A stretch of 64,000 bases of DNA from an uncultured Phenylobacterium sp. (GCA_964575195.1 CAZNPJ010000005.1:108460-172459), one strand, 5' to 3'; positions 19,729 to 29,905 are shown, counted from the stretch's first letter. Notes: a model not told the origin generated them from the letters alone. Program-made: numbers and translations.

Positions 19729-20475
19729 TTAAGAGAACAACGCCACCTGGTCCTCAGGGGACAGGATACGCCAGTCGCCGGGCTGGAGGTCCTCGGGCAG
19801 GTCGAGGGCGCCGATGCGGTCGCGGTGCAGATCCGTCACGTGATTGCCGACGGCCGCGAACATTCGTCGCACCTGGTGGTAACGGCCTTCGGTGATCGTC
19901 AGCCGCGCGCGGTTGGGGCCCAGCGGCTCGAGGACAGCGGGGGCCAGCGGCTCGGTCTCGCTCTCCAGCATCAGCGTGCCGGCCGCGAACACCGCCGCCT
20001 CACCGCCCTCAAGCGGTCGGTCCAAGGTGGCGACGTAGCGCTTGGCGACGTTGGCCCGGGGCGAGATCACCCGATGCAGAAATGGCCCGTCGTCGGTGAT
20101 CAGCAGCAGCCCGGAGGTCTCCTTGTCCAGTCGACCGATGGTGGACAGAGCCGGCATCCGCGCCCGCCAGCGCGCAGGCAGCAGTTCGTAGACGCTGCGG
20201 CCCGCCTCCCGGTGCGAACAGACCACGCCCAGGGGTTTGTGCATGATCAGGGTGAGGGGCGCGGGCGGATCGACCGGACGCCCAGCGATGGTCATCCGGG
20301 CGGGCAGGTCCGGGACGATGGGAATCTTGGCCCCCGTATCCTTCACCACGGATCCGTCCAACAGCACCTGTCCCCTTGCGACCAGTGCGCCGACCTCGCG
20401 GCGGGATCCGTAGCCGAGGTTCGCCAGCAGGCGGTCGAGCCGCGCCATCGGGATCTTGGGAGGCGCGGTGCTCAC
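19729..20475 (-). CDS. RsuA-family pseudouridine synthase
   Basis: S4 domain (RLDRLLANLGYGSRRE), GRLDKETSGLLL catalytic motif, EGRYHQVRRMF. Confidence 0.93.
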   Translation of the reverse strand: MSTAPPKIPMARLDRLLANLGYGSRREVGALVARGQVLLDGSVVKDTGAKIPIVPDLPARMTIAGRPVDPPAPLTLIMHKPLGVVCSHREAGRSVYELLPARWRARMPALSTIGRLDKETSGLLLITDDGPFLHRVISPRANVAKRYVATLDRPLEGGEAAVFAAGTLMLESETEPLAPAVLEPLGPNRARLTITEGRYHQVRRMFAAVGNHVTDLHRDRIGALDLPEDLQPGDWRILSPEDQVALFS

Positions 20476-21377
20476 CGGCGGGCCTCGATGACCTTGTAGC
20501 CGCCGGCGTCCTCGCGGACAGTCGTGCTGTCAAAGGCGGCGGCCAGGGCCGCCTCGTAGGGCAGGTGTCGGTTGGCCACCAGCCAGCAGACCCCGCCGCG
20601 CCGCAGCATCCGCGCCGCAGTGCGCACGAAGGCCACGCCCAGGTCGCGGTCCTCGGTCCCGCCGTCGTGGAACGGCGGGTTCATGACGACGAAATCCAGG
20701 CCGACGAGGCTGTCGTCCCACTGGCGCACATCGGCCCAGCGGATCGTGACGCGGGGATCGTTCAGATTGTGCTCGGCGCAGGCGACGGCGCGGCGGTCGA
20801 TGTCCAGGCCGACCAGGCTGGTGACGGCGGGCGAGGCCAGGACCTTCTGCGCCAACAGTCCCACCCCGCACCCGAGATCGGCGCCGTGGCCGGACAGCGT
20901 CGGCAGCTGGGCGATCAGCCGGGCGCTGCCTGGATCGAGCCGGTCCCAGCTGAACACGCCGGGCTGCGACCACGCCTTGAGGCCCGGCACGATCCGCGGG
21001 CCGCCGGCGGCGATGGCCGCGTCCAGGCCGACGGGCTGGTCCGGCCGCTTCACATGGCAGAAGCGGTGATGCTTGCGCGCATCCTCGACAACCGTGCAGC
21101 CGAACCCCTCCAGGGTCTTGCGCAGCCGGGAGCCGCCCTTGTCCTTCGGCGCGAAGGCGAGCAGCGGGGCGCCGGGTTTCAGCGCCCGCAGCGCCTGAGC
21201 CAACACGTAATCCCGTTCCAGGACGCCGCCGGGGGCGAGGATCACGGCTTGGTCGAGGGCCGCGTCCGGGATGACCGCCAGGTCCTGCGAGCCGGGGATC
21301 AACGGCGAAACTTGCTGGGCGCCCGCAGGGATGTCCACCAAGCCGGGCGCAGGCGCGCCGTAGAGGACGGCGGTCAC
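20472..21377 (-). CDS. RsmC-like class I SAM-dependent methyltransferase
   Basis: PGVFSWDRLDPGS, DLGCGVG, VMNPPFH; probable GTG start at 21377. Confidence 0.9.
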   Translation of the reverse strand: MTAVLYGAPAPGLVDIPAGAQQVSPLIPGSQDLAVIPDAALDQAVILAPGGVLERDYVLAQALRALKPGAPLLAFAPKDKGGSRLRKTLEGFGCTVVEDARKHHRFCHVKRPDQPVGLDAAIAAGGPRIVPGLKAWSQPGVFSWDRLDPGSARLIAQLPTLSGHGADLGCGVGLLAQKVLASPAVTSLVGLDIDRRAVACAEHNLNDPRVTIRWADVRQWDDSLVGLDFVVMNPPFHDGGTEDRDLGVAFVRTAARMLRRGGVCWLVANRHLPYEAALAAAFDSTTVREDAGGYKVIEARR

Positions 21378-21379
21378 CC

Positions 21380-22987
21380 CTACGCCCGCTCTTTCGAACG
21401 CTCGAAGCGGACCTTGGGGTACCGGTCGACGGCGTAGCCGACATCCCAGGCGCTCTTGGCCAAGAAGACCGGCTGTTCGTCGATGTCGGTCCCCATGGCC
21501 GAGCGGTGCTTGCTCATGAAGTCTTCGAGGTCGGCCTTGTCTCCTAGGATCCAGCGGGCTTCGCCGAAGGGGCTGGGCTCGAAGATGACGTCGAGCTGAT
21601 ATTCCTCGCGCAGACGATCGGCCATAACCTCGAATTGCAGCTGGCCCACGGCGCCGACGATGAAGTCCGCGCCCAGCGAGGGGCGGAACAGCTGGGTCAC
21701 CCCCTCCTCCGCCAGGCTTTCCAGCGCCTTCTTGAGGTGCTTGGCCTTCAGCGGATCCTTGACCCGCACGCGCTGGAGGATTTCGGGGGCGAAGTTCGGC
21801 AGGCCGGCGAACCGCAGGGTCCCGCTCTCGGAGAGGCTGTCGCCCACCCGCAGGACGCCGTGGTTGGGGATCCCGATCACGTCGCCGGCGAAGGCGTCTT
21901 CGGCCAGTTCGCGGTCGGAGGCGAAGAACATCATCGGCGCGTTCACGCTGAGCTGCTTGCCGGTGTTCTGGACCTTGAGCTTCATGCCGCGGCTGAACTT
22001 GCCCGAGCACAGCTTCAGGAAGGCGATCCGGTCGCGGTGGTTCGGGTCCATGTTCGCCTGGACCTTGAACACGAAGCCGGTGACCTCGCGGTCGCCAGGG
22101 GCGACGTGGATGTTCTCCGCGCCCTTGCGGGCGGCGACGGCCTTGGGCGGCGGGGCGTAGGCGCCCAGCCCTTCCAACAGTTGGTCCACGCCGAAGTGGC
22201 GCAGCGCCGACCCGAAGAAGACCGGCGTCATATGCCCCTCGAGAAACGCCTGGGGATCGAACGCCTTGAGGCCGCCCATCGCCAGTTCGGCGTTCTCGCG
22301 CAGCTCATCCTGTTCGTCCGGGTCCAGGTAGCTGACGATGGCGTTGCCCTGGAACGCGATCGGATCGGGGTGACCATCTTCGTCGCCGGCGGCCCCGCCA
22401 CCCTTTTTCATGAAGGGCAGGAAGCGGTCGCGGCGCAGGTCGAGCATGCCCTTGAACCGGCCGCCGGAGCCGGCGGGCCAGTAGAGCGGCGACGGGTCGA
22501 GCTGCAGCTTCGACGACACCTCGTCCAGCAGTTCGAACGGGTCCTGCGCCTCGCGGTCCATCTTGTTGATGAACGTGACGATGGGGATGTCGCGCATCCG
22601 GCAGACTTCGAACAGCTTCAAGGTCTGAGGCTCGATGCCTTTGGCGGCGTCCAGCACCATGACCGCGGCGTCGGCGGCCGTCAGGGTGCGGTAGGTGTCT
22701 TCCGAGAAGTCTTCGTGACCGGGCGTGTCCAGCAGGTTGAACATCAGACCATCGTGGTCGAAGGTCATCACCGAGGCCGAGACCGAGATCCCGCGTTCGC
22801 GTTCGATCTTCATCCAGTCGGAGCGGGTGCGGCGATTCTCGCCACGGGCGCGCACGGCGCCGGCCGCCCGAATGGCCCCGCCGGCCAGCAGGAGGTTCTC
22901 GGTCAGCGTGGTCTTGCCGGCGTCGGGGTGGGAGATGATCGCGAAGGTCCGCCGACGGGCGGCCTCGGCGGCAGGTGAGGTGCTCAT
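21380..22987 (-). CDS. prfC: Peptide chain release factor 3
   Basis: RRTFAIISHPDAGKTTLTE, LLDTPGHEDFSEDTYRTL, FINKMD, GAVGQLQFEV. Confidence 0.97.
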   Translation of the reverse strand: MSTSPAAEAARRRTFAIISHPDAGKTTLTENLLLAGGAIRAAGAVRARGENRRTRSDWMKIERERGISVSASVMTFDHDGLMFNLLDTPGHEDFSEDTYRTLTAADAAVMVLDAAKGIEPQTLKLFEVCRMRDIPIVTFINKMDREAQDPFELLDEVSSKLQLDPSPLYWPAGSGGRFKGMLDLRRDRFLPFMKKGGGAAGDEDGHPDPIAFQGNAIVSYLDPDEQDELRENAELAMGGLKAFDPQAFLEGHMTPVFFGSALRHFGVDQLLEGLGAYAPPPKAVAARKGAENIHVAPGDREVTGFVFKVQANMDPNHRDRIAFLKLCSGKFSRGMKLKVQNTGKQLSVNAPMMFFASDRELAEDAFAGDVIGIPNHGVLRVGDSLSESGTLRFAGLPNFAPEILQRVRVKDPLKAKHLKKALESLAEEGVTQLFRPSLGADFIVGAVGQLQFEVMADRLREEYQLDVIFEPSPFGEARWILGDKADLEDFMSKHRSAMGTDIDEQPVFLAKSAWDVGYAVDRYPKVRFERSKERA

Positions 22988-23070
22988 GGCGCGCGCCTAT
23001 CACGCGGGGGCCTGAGGCGGAAGCAAGGACGGCAAGCGGCGCCGTGTCGCGCGGGGCGCGCCGAGGCGGC

Positions 23071-24135
23071 TCAGGCCACTCGACGCTCCGGCGCCACCGT
23101 CGACGTCCCCAAGGCGAAAACACGCACGCTGGCCAGGCGGCGGTTGACGTCATGCGCCGCCACGATGGCCCGGTTGAGCGCGTCGGCGTCCATTCGCCCA
23201 CTCGCGCTTCCGGCGCGACAGGCCGCCAGCGCGGCGGCACGGCCGGCTTCTGGCGAGCCGGCGACCGCCATCGGCCCACCCCGCACCACAGCGGCCACGC
23301 CGGCGAACAGGTCGAGATTGAGGGGCGGCGCGTCGAGCACGCGGAGGCTCGGTGCGAACCCACCGGCCAGGGTCAGCGCCAGCATATAGCTGTTGATGGG
23401 CCCGATGCTCACCACACCGTTCTCGGACACCTGAAGGAACGGCATGTACGGCGCAAGTTCGGGCAGGAGGTGGTTCGGCGCGAACCGTTGGCGCCAGTAG
23501 CGGCCGGCGATCCGCGTGAAGTGGTCGAAATCCGCGATCGGCGAGATATCCGCGTCCGCGAACGGGAGAATCTCCACCGGCGGCTTGGTCACGACCACCG
23601 TGTCATTGGCGACATCGACATAGAGAACGCCCACGATCAGGGCGTTCTGGAAGTAGGCGCCACGCAGATCTCCCCAGACGCGCCGCACGAGGCCGCCCGC
23701 AGCGCAAAAGGTACGTAGCGCATCAAGCGCCCGGGCCTCCGCCGCATCGAGGTCGCGCATCGGGCGGCGGTCACCCATCATGTCCTGCAGGCGCGCCTGG
23801 ACCGCCAGGGTGATCTCGAGGCATTGGCCGAGCGGATAGGGCGCGCCGTTCAGGTCCGGCTTCGTGGCCCGCAGCACGGGATCGAGGTGGGCGCGCAGCC
23901 GCAGCAGAAGCCGCATCAATGCCGGCAGGACCGGGCGCAGGTGGGTATCTGTCAGCGCCTGTTGGCGCGCCCTGTCAAATACGGCCGGACGACGGGCCAT
24001 CGCCTCAGCGATGTAGTCGTCCATGGAGGGGGAGAGGACGATCCGACGCCCGGGTATATCCAGGCGCCTGGCGACGACGGCGAGATCGTGGCGATCGGGA
24101 TGGCCTTCGGGCAACTCGTCCGGGAAGCGACGCAT
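23071..24135 (-). CDS. Hypothetical protein (possible transglutaminase/papain-like core)
   Basis: 354-aa ORF; YPLGQCLEIT...WGDLRGAYFQNAL...YVDVANDT; start may be ATG 24022. Confidence 0.7.
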   Translation of the reverse strand: MRRFPDELPEGHPDRHDLAVVARRLDIPGRRIVLSPSMDDYIAEAMARRPAVFDRARQQALTDTHLRPVLPALMRLLLRLRAHLDPVLRATKPDLNGAPYPLGQCLEITLAVQARLQDMMGDRRPMRDLDAAEARALDALRTFCAAGGLVRRVWGDLRGAYFQNALIVGVLYVDVANDTVVVTKPPVEILPFADADISPIADFDHFTRIAGRYWRQRFAPNHLLPELAPYMPFLQVSENGVVSIGPINSYMLALTLAGGFAPSLRVLDAPPLNLDLFAGVAAVVRGGPMAVAGSPEAGRAAALAACRAGSASGRMDADALNRAIVAAHDVNRRLASVRVFALGTSTVAPERRVA

Positions 24136-24195
24136 ACGTTTCTCTAGCTTCAGCCCACCCAGGCGGACATGCGGCGTCGGGTCTCGGGCCGCGCC

Positions 24196-24531
24196 TTAAG
24201 CGCTCTTTTCCACCGGCTCCACCAGGAAGTGGCGCCCCTCGCGGTCCTCGATTTCCACCACCCAGATATCGGGGTCTATCCGGACGGCGCGCTCGATGTA
24301 GCGGTCGAGATCCGGCTCCTGGCGGGAAGAGGCGGGCTCCATCCAGATGCGTTCGCCATCGCCGCGCGTGGCCTCGGACAGCAGGCGCGCGGAGCCGTCG
24401 GTCCGGTTAAGCACCTTGACCAGCACGGCGCCGGCGCGGGGGTCGCCCTTGCGCGCGACCACGGCGAAGCCGCCGCCGATCTCGACGCGGCGGATCAGGG
24501 CGCCGACCCAGATATCGGTGGAAAGCAGCAT
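24196..24531 (-). CDS. DUF1491 family protein
   Basis: WVGALIRR...KGDPRAGAVLVK...DPDIWVVEIEDREGR, as recalled for DUF1491. Confidence 0.85.
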   Translation of the reverse strand: MLLSTDIWVGALIRRVEIGGGFAVVARKGDPRAGAVLVKVLNRTDGSARLLSEATRGDGERIWMEPASSRQEPDLDRYIERAVRIDPDIWVVEIEDREGRHFLVEPVEKSA

Positions 24532-24622
24532 GGGCGCGCAGTTACCGCGTCTCAGGCGCGGACGAAATCGTTAACCGTGCTCGTCCACACCGCCTCAACC
24601 CCGTGACCCGTAAGCGTGCCCC

Positions 24623-25552
24623 GTGAGACGGCCGCGCAAGGCCGCGTCAGATGGTGGATGCATGACCAGCACGCGCAGAAGCGCGATGCCGGCGTCACGG
24701 TGGATGGGGTTGTTGGGAATGGCGCTGGCCGCCATGCCCGGCGTCGCGCTGGCTCAGCCCAGCGACCTGTTCTTCGAGCGTACGGTGATGACGGCGGCCG
24801 ACAGCCGCTGCAACCTCTTCACCCCGGAGGTGTCGGCCGCCCTGGCCGCCGGCGCCGCCCAGGCCCGAAGCGCGGCGCTGCGCGCCGGAACCGACACCAA
24901 GGCCCTGACCGCCCGCGAGGCCGCGGCGCGGCGCTATGCCGGCCAGCTCAACTGCAGGAACCCCAAGGTGCTGGCCGAAGCCGCCCGGGTGCAGCAGGCC
25001 TATTCCGGCTTTGCGCGGGTCACCCGCATGACTTACCCCGGCGACGCCGCCGATTGGCGCGCCGATCGCGGCAGCGGCAAGGCGGCGCGTTGGCGCCTGG
25101 CGCAGGACGCCGCCTTCGCCGGCGGTCGGATGACCTTCGGCCTGGCCGGGCGCGAGGGCGCCAACGCCCTGGTGGCCGTGGCGGACTTCACCGACGGACA
25201 GGCGCCCTATGCGGCGCGGCTAGTGCTGCGGGACGATACGCGCACCCTGGGACCCTACCTCGACCTTCGCGGCAAGCGTGCGCCGTTGAACCGCCGACTG
25301 CCGCCGGCTGGCGCGACGCGGGCCTACATGGCCGAGGCGCGGAGCGAGGCCGACGAGATGCTGCTGCCAAAGGGCGTGGCGGACGCCTGGGCGTTCCGCT
25401 TCCCCGCCGCCGCGGCCCAGGCGCTGGCCGATCTGGACCCGCGCGAGGCGATCGCGGTGGAATTCCTGTTCTCCAGCGGCATTCGCACCGCCTACGTCGA
25501 AGTTGGTGACTTCGCGGCCGGGCGGGCGTTCCTGCAGGTCGCGTCCCGCTAG
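24623..25552 (+). CDS. Secreted hypothetical protein
   Basis: Signal-peptide-like LLGMALAAMPGVALAQ; true start probably downstream of 24623. Confidence 0.7.
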   Translation: MRRPRKAASDGGCMTSTRRSAMPASRWMGLLGMALAAMPGVALAQPSDLFFERTVMTAADSRCNLFTPEVSAALAAGAAQARSAALRAGTDTKALTAREAAARRYAGQLNCRNPKVLAEAARVQQAYSGFARVTRMTYPGDAADWRADRGSGKAARWRLAQDAAFAGGRMTFGLAGREGANALVAVADFTDGQAPYAARLVLRDDTRTLGPYLDLRGKRAPLNRRLPPAGATRAYMAEARSEADEMLLPKGVADAWAFRFPAAAAQALADLDPREAIAVEFLFSSGIRTAYVEVGDFAAGRAFLQVASR

Positions 25553-25556
25553 ACGC

Positions 25557-27200
25557 CTAGTTCGCCTGGCGCAGGCGCGGCGCTTCCGCCACGGCCAGGA
25601 CAGGCATGCGGATTGTCACCGTCGTACCCTCGCCGACCGCGCTTTCCACCGTCATGTCGCCGCCGTGCAGGCGCGCGAAGGCGCGAACCAGGGACAGGCC
25701 CAGGCCCGAGCCCGCGGCCCGCTGCTCGGCGTCGCCCGCCTGTTCGTAGGGCCGGCCCAGGCGGTGAAGGTCGTCCTGGGCGATGCCCACGCCGGTGTCC
25801 GAAACCACCAGCTCCAGCGTATCGTCCGAGCCCTGGACGGTGACCGTGACCGAGCCGCCGCGCGGCGTGAACTTGAGAGCGTTCGAGATCAGGTTGAGCG
25901 CGATCTGCTTCAGCGCCCGGCGGTCCGCCTCGGCGAACAGCGGCCCGATGGGCAGGACGCCGCGCAGGTTGACACCCGACCGGTCAGCCTGGCCGCGCAT
26001 CAGGCGCAGAACGGCCGAGACGGCGTCGCGGGCGTCGAAGGTTTCGATGCTGAGCTCGAACCGCTCGGCCTCGATCTTCGACATGTCGAGCACGTCATTG
26101 ATCAGTTCCAAGAGGTGTGTGCCGCTCTCGTGGATCAGCTCCGCGTACTCGGCGTAGCGGTCGCCGAGCGGGCCGAACAGGCGCTGCCGCATGATGTCGG
26201 AGAAGCCCATGATGGCGTTGAGCGGCGTGCGCAACTCATGGCTCATATTTGCCAAGAAACGGGACTTGCCGGCGTTCTGCTGCTCGGCGGCGAGGCGTTC
26301 GGCCTGCAGACGGCGCTCGTGCATCGCCTGGTCGCGGGCGTCGCGGACAGCGGCCACGAAGCGGTCGGGACCGGCGCTGCGCAGCGAGATCTCCAGCGCG
26401 CCCTCGGGGTCGCCCGGCGGGCCGACATAGACGGCGGCCTTGCCGTCGCGCGAGGCCGTATGGAGCGCGGCGGCCAGCAGCGGCAGATCCGGCTCGGCGA
26501 CCAGATGGCCCAGGCTGCGCCCCTCCAGGGCGGCGGGCGTCTGGCCGGCGACGGGCGCGCCGGCGGCGTTCAGCACGCGACCGCTGCGTTCGATCAGGGC
26601 CAGCAGCAAGGGTTGGCCGTCCAGCAGGGCCAGCACCTGATCGGCGCGGGCGTTACGACGGCTGTCGCGTTGAACGCCCCCCTCGACGCCGATCAGGCCG
26701 ACCGCGAAGCCCAGGGTCACCGAGCCCAGCGACAACAGGCCCAGCCAGGGCGCGAGCGCCGGTGCAGCGACCGGCAGAGGCAGGAGCGTGGCGTCCAGGG
26801 CCGAAACGGCTGCGGCGGCCAGGGCCGTGGCGGCGCCCAGCGCCAGGGTCTCGCGACGACGGAAGGCGGTCGCGGCCGCGGCGGGCGCGAGGCACCAGGC
26901 GGCCAAGGGTCCGGCCGTGCCGCCGGTCAGGTGACAGGCGGCCGCGCCAGCGACGCCCCAGAGCAGGATCGCCGCCACTTGCCCCCGGGGGCCAGCCATC
27001 GCCAGCAGCGCGCCCAGCAAGGCGGCCATCCCGCCGAGGGACAGGGCCAGCAGCTCCGGGCCGACGGGAAGCAGGCCCTGCAGCGACAGGCCACCCATCG
27101 TCGCGGCGACAGCCAGCGCCCAGGCCGCATGCCACAGCACGCCCGGCGCCGCATCGCGGCGGCGGCGTCCTCGCGGGGATCGGGCGGTGGCGCGGGCCAT
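25557..27200 (-). CDS. divJ: Cell-cycle histidine kinase DivJ
   Basis: Multi-TM N-terminus; KSRFLANMSHELRTPLNAIMGFSDIM...YAEYAELIHESG...ADRRALKQIALNLISNALKFTPRGG matches my recollection of Caulobacter DivJ. Start uncertain (27200-27320). Confidence 0.85.
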   Translation of the reverse strand: MARATARSPRGRRRRDAAPGVLWHAAWALAVAATMGGLSLQGLLPVGPELLALSLGGMAALLGALLAMAGPRGQVAAILLWGVAGAAACHLTGGTAGPLAAWCLAPAAAATAFRRRETLALGAATALAAAAVSALDATLLPLPVAAPALAPWLGLLSLGSVTLGFAVGLIGVEGGVQRDSRRNARADQVLALLDGQPLLLALIERSGRVLNAAGAPVAGQTPAALEGRSLGHLVAEPDLPLLAAALHTASRDGKAAVYVGPPGDPEGALEISLRSAGPDRFVAAVRDARDQAMHERRLQAERLAAEQQNAGKSRFLANMSHELRTPLNAIMGFSDIMRQRLFGPLGDRYAEYAELIHESGTHLLELINDVLDMSKIEAERFELSIETFDARDAVSAVLRLMRGQADRSGVNLRGVLPIGPLFAEADRRALKQIALNLISNALKFTPRGGSVTVTVQGSDDTLELVVSDTGVGIAQDDLHRLGRPYEQAGDAEQRAAGSGLGLSLVRAFARLHGGDMTVESAVGEGTTVTIRMPVLAVAEAPRLRQAN

Positions 27201-27321
27201 GAAAATCTCAGCAGCCCCGATGGATGTGCGGATGAAACCGTACGTTGGCCAGAGGATTCGCGCGAGCGCGCGCATCCGCGCAGCGTCGGCTGCAAGACTT
27301 TCGTAAGCGGGATAGGCCACC

Positions 27322-28116
27322 TTGCAGGCCCTGACCCAGCGGGCGCATCGCCGTTACATGCCTCAAGAGGCCCATCCTCCAGCCGGCGCAAAGCGGCGCG
27401 CGCACGCCCGTCTCGCCGCGGCGATGGACGAGCGCAAGCGTTCGTTCCTGCGAATGGTCAGCCATGAGCTGCGCACGCCCTTGAATTCCATCCTGGGCTT
27501 CTCCGAAATTCTCACAGCGGAACTCTACGGCCCTCTCGGAGCTCCTCAGTACAAGGAATATGCCGAGATCATCCACGGCAGTGGCCAAAAGCTGCTGAAA
27601 CTTGTGAATCAGGTGCTGGAGATCGCGCGTCTCGAGAGCCGGGCCTTCGAATTCGACGCCGACGCGGAGCCGCTGGATCCCGCCCTGGACGACGCGCTGG
27701 CGGCCCTGGCGCCGGATCTGGCGGCGCGGGACGTGCGGATCGAGGTCTTGGGCCGCGGCAAGCTGCCGACGGTGACGGCGGATGGGCGGGGACTCCGCTC
27801 AGTTCTGACGCACCTGTTGCACAACGCCGTGGTGTTCTCGCCGGAGGGCGGCACGGTGCAAGTGTCGGTGGCGACAGACGACGGCGAGGTCGAGATCCGC
27901 ATCCGCGACCGGGGCGAGGGCATCGACCCCGCCCAGCTGCGGCGGCTGATGGCGCCCTTCGAGCAGGGCGAGAACGCCCTCACTCGCAAGTCCGAGGGAG
28001 CCGGCCTTGGGCTGCCGATCGCCGACATGACCTGCGCGGCCATGGGCGGGCGACTGACGCTGACATCGACGCCGGGCGACGGCGTCACCGCCGAGGTGCG
28101 CCTGCTGGCGGGCTGA
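27322..28116 (+). CDS. cckN: Soluble DivJ/PleC-family histidine kinase/phosphatase (CckN-like)
   Basis: SHELRTPLNSILGFSE H-box and HATPase with no TM or sensor; divergent from divJ, the position I recall for C. crescentus cckN. Confidence 0.6.
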   Translation: MQALTQRAHRRYMPQEAHPPAGAKRRAHARLAAAMDERKRSFLRMVSHELRTPLNSILGFSEILTAELYGPLGAPQYKEYAEIIHGSGQKLLKLVNQVLEIARLESRAFEFDADAEPLDPALDDALAALAPDLAARDVRIEVLGRGKLPTVTADGRGLRSVLTHLLHNAVVFSPEGGTVQVSVATDDGEVEIRIRDRGEGIDPAQLRRLMAPFEQGENALTRKSEGAGLGLPIADMTCAAMGGRLTLTSTPGDGVTAEVRLLAG

Positions 28117-28157
28117 GCACGGTTGCGGCGGCTGGGACCACGCCTTAAGTCGCGCCC

Positions 28158-28580
28158 ATGGGTACTGACGCCGCGCTGATGGAACTGACCGACGAGTTCG
28201 AGCTCCTGGGCGACTGGGAAGAGCGCTATCGCTATGTCATCGAGCTGGGCAAGGACCTGGTGCCGCTGAGCGACGCGGAGCGCACCGACGCCAACAAGGT
28301 GCGGGGCTGCGCCAGCCAGGTCTGGCTGATCACCGCGCCGGGGGTCGATGGGACGCTCACCTTCCGGGGCGACTCCGACGCCCACATCGTGCGCGGCCTG
28401 ATCGCCATCGTCCTGCGCCTCTATTCGGGCCGGACGCCGGCCGAGATCCTGGCCTTCGACGCCAAGGCGGCCTTCGAGCAGCTGGGCCTGTCCGGCGCCC
28501 TCTCCGCTCAGCGCTCCAACGGTCTGGCCTCGATGGTTGGCCGCATACGTCGGGACGCAGAGTTGGCCATCGCCGCCTGA
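28158..28580 (+). CDS. sufE: Fe-S cluster sulfur acceptor SufE
   Basis: WEERYRYVIELGK, VRGCASQVW, GDSDAHIVRGL, RSNGL. Confidence 0.95.
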   Translation: MGTDAALMELTDEFELLGDWEERYRYVIELGKDLVPLSDAERTDANKVRGCASQVWLITAPGVDGTLTFRGDSDAHIVRGLIAIVLRLYSGRTPAEILAFDAKAAFEQLGLSGALSAQRSNGLASMVGRIRRDAELAIAA

Positions 28581-29249
28581 TCAGGCTGGAAGAAACCGCG
28601 GTTCCAGCCGCGCACGAAGCGGGAAGTATTTCAGCCAGGGCCGCGCCTCAGCCAGGGTGCGGGCCACCGACGGACGGGCGATCAGGCGCTCGAAATAGGC
28701 CGACACTGCGGGAAAGCGGCCGCCAAACGGCGAAACGCAGTTGGCGTAGAACAGGGCTGGCGCGGCGGCGCAGTCGGCGAGGCTGAAATCCGAACCTGCG
28801 GCCCAGGCTCGGCCAGTCATTCTCTGCTCGACCTGGGCATAGGCCGCGTCGAGCATCTCCGCATGCAATGGCCGAGGCTCGACGGCGCCGGCGAGCGCGT
28901 CTCCCACCGCCGCCTGCATGGGCGTATGGATGTAGAGATCAAAGACCCGGTCCCAGAGCCGGACCTCGAGCGCTCGATCTGCCTCGTCCGACAGCAATGG
29001 CTGCGGACCCCGATAGTGGCGGTCCAGGTATTCGATGATGATCGAGGTCTCGAAGACCGTCCGGTCACGGGCGTCGTCGCGCAGGACCGGCATCTTGCCC
29101 CAGGGCGAGATCGCCATGAACGCGGCTCGACCCGCCGGGTCGCTGAGATCCACCATCCGCGCCTCGAAGGGCGCGCCCAGCTCGTAAAGCGCGATCAGGA
29201 CCTTGTGGCAGTAAGACGAGAGCGGATGGGAATGTAGGACCAGGGACAC
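28581..29249 (-). CDS. Glutathione S-transferase family protein
   Basis: HPLSSYCHKV, GKMPVL, ETSIIIEYLD, FSLADCAAAP. Confidence 0.93.
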   Translation of the reverse strand: MSLVLHSHPLSSYCHKVLIALYELGAPFEARMVDLSDPAGRAAFMAISPWGKMPVLRDDARDRTVFETSIIIEYLDRHYRGPQPLLSDEADRALEVRLWDRVFDLYIHTPMQAAVGDALAGAVEPRPLHAEMLDAAYAQVEQRMTGRAWAAGSDFSLADCAAAPALFYANCVSPFGGRFPAVSAYFERLIARPSVARTLAEARPWLKYFPLRARLEPRFLPA

Positions 29250-29266
29250 GGCGGCTCCCTCCCGGA

Positions 29267-29755
29267 TCAGGCGGCGGGGCGAATGCCGCTCTGTACGGCG
29301 CCCAGACCCACGACCGCATCATAGCCCAGGATCATGTCCACGTCGGACCCCTGGGTGACCAGGGGGAGGCGGATCCAGATGAGCGACAGGTGGGACGCGC
29401 CCCGCCAGGCGAGGTTGTGCACGCCCACCCCCGGCCGACGGTCCCGCACCACCCGGCCCAATTCTTCGCGCCAGTAGTCGGCCGCGGCGGTGTTGTAGAT
29501 CTCGGAAAGGCTGCGGCCCGTGATCTCGCGGCCATAGACGCTGTAGAGGCCGGTGCCGGCCAGCCGGACGCGATAGTCGTTGGCGCCCGGCGCCACCTCG
29601 ATGAGGCTGACCGTGGGAAGCAGGCGCTTCATGTCCTTGGGATCGAGCCGGCGGCGGGGCGGCACGGGCGCGTCGACGCGCAGCGAGCTCCAGTAGGCGA
29701 AGAGCTCCTCGTGGGCCCGGATGGCCGCGGCCGGCTGGGCCATCTGCGTCGCCAT
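29267..29755 (-). CDS. Stand-alone PAS-domain protein (PAS_5/DUF1457-like)
   Basis: LFAYWSSLR...P-x-R-x-x-LDP...YRVRLAGT...G-x-EITG pattern. Confidence 0.8.
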   Translation of the reverse strand: MATQMAQPAAAIRAHEELFAYWSSLRVDAPVPPRRRLDPKDMKRLLPTVSLIEVAPGANDYRVRLAGTGLYSVYGREITGRSLSEIYNTAAADYWREELGRVVRDRRPGVGVHNLAWRGASHLSLIWIRLPLVTQGSDVDMILGYDAVVGLGAVQSGIRPAA

Positions 29756-29879
29756 CTTCGGTTACTCTAACAACGGCTTGGATTCATGATGAATCACATA
29801 TCGCCTGAGCCGCGAATCGGCGGCAAGCGGCAATCGCCCGTCACCCTGAGATTGTGATCGGCGCCACCCAGAAATGCAG

Positions 29880-29905
29880 AACGCCCGCCGTTTCCGGCGG
29901 GCGTT
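29880..29905. terminator. Hairpin terminator downstream of mucR
   Basis: aacgcccgccg-tttc-cggcgggcgtt perfect stem. Confidence 0.7.

Noticed and set aside
19719-19732. Additional CtrA box ttaa-ccttcc-ttaa
   Set aside because: The spacer is 6 bp and the second half is the pseudouridine synthase stop codon.
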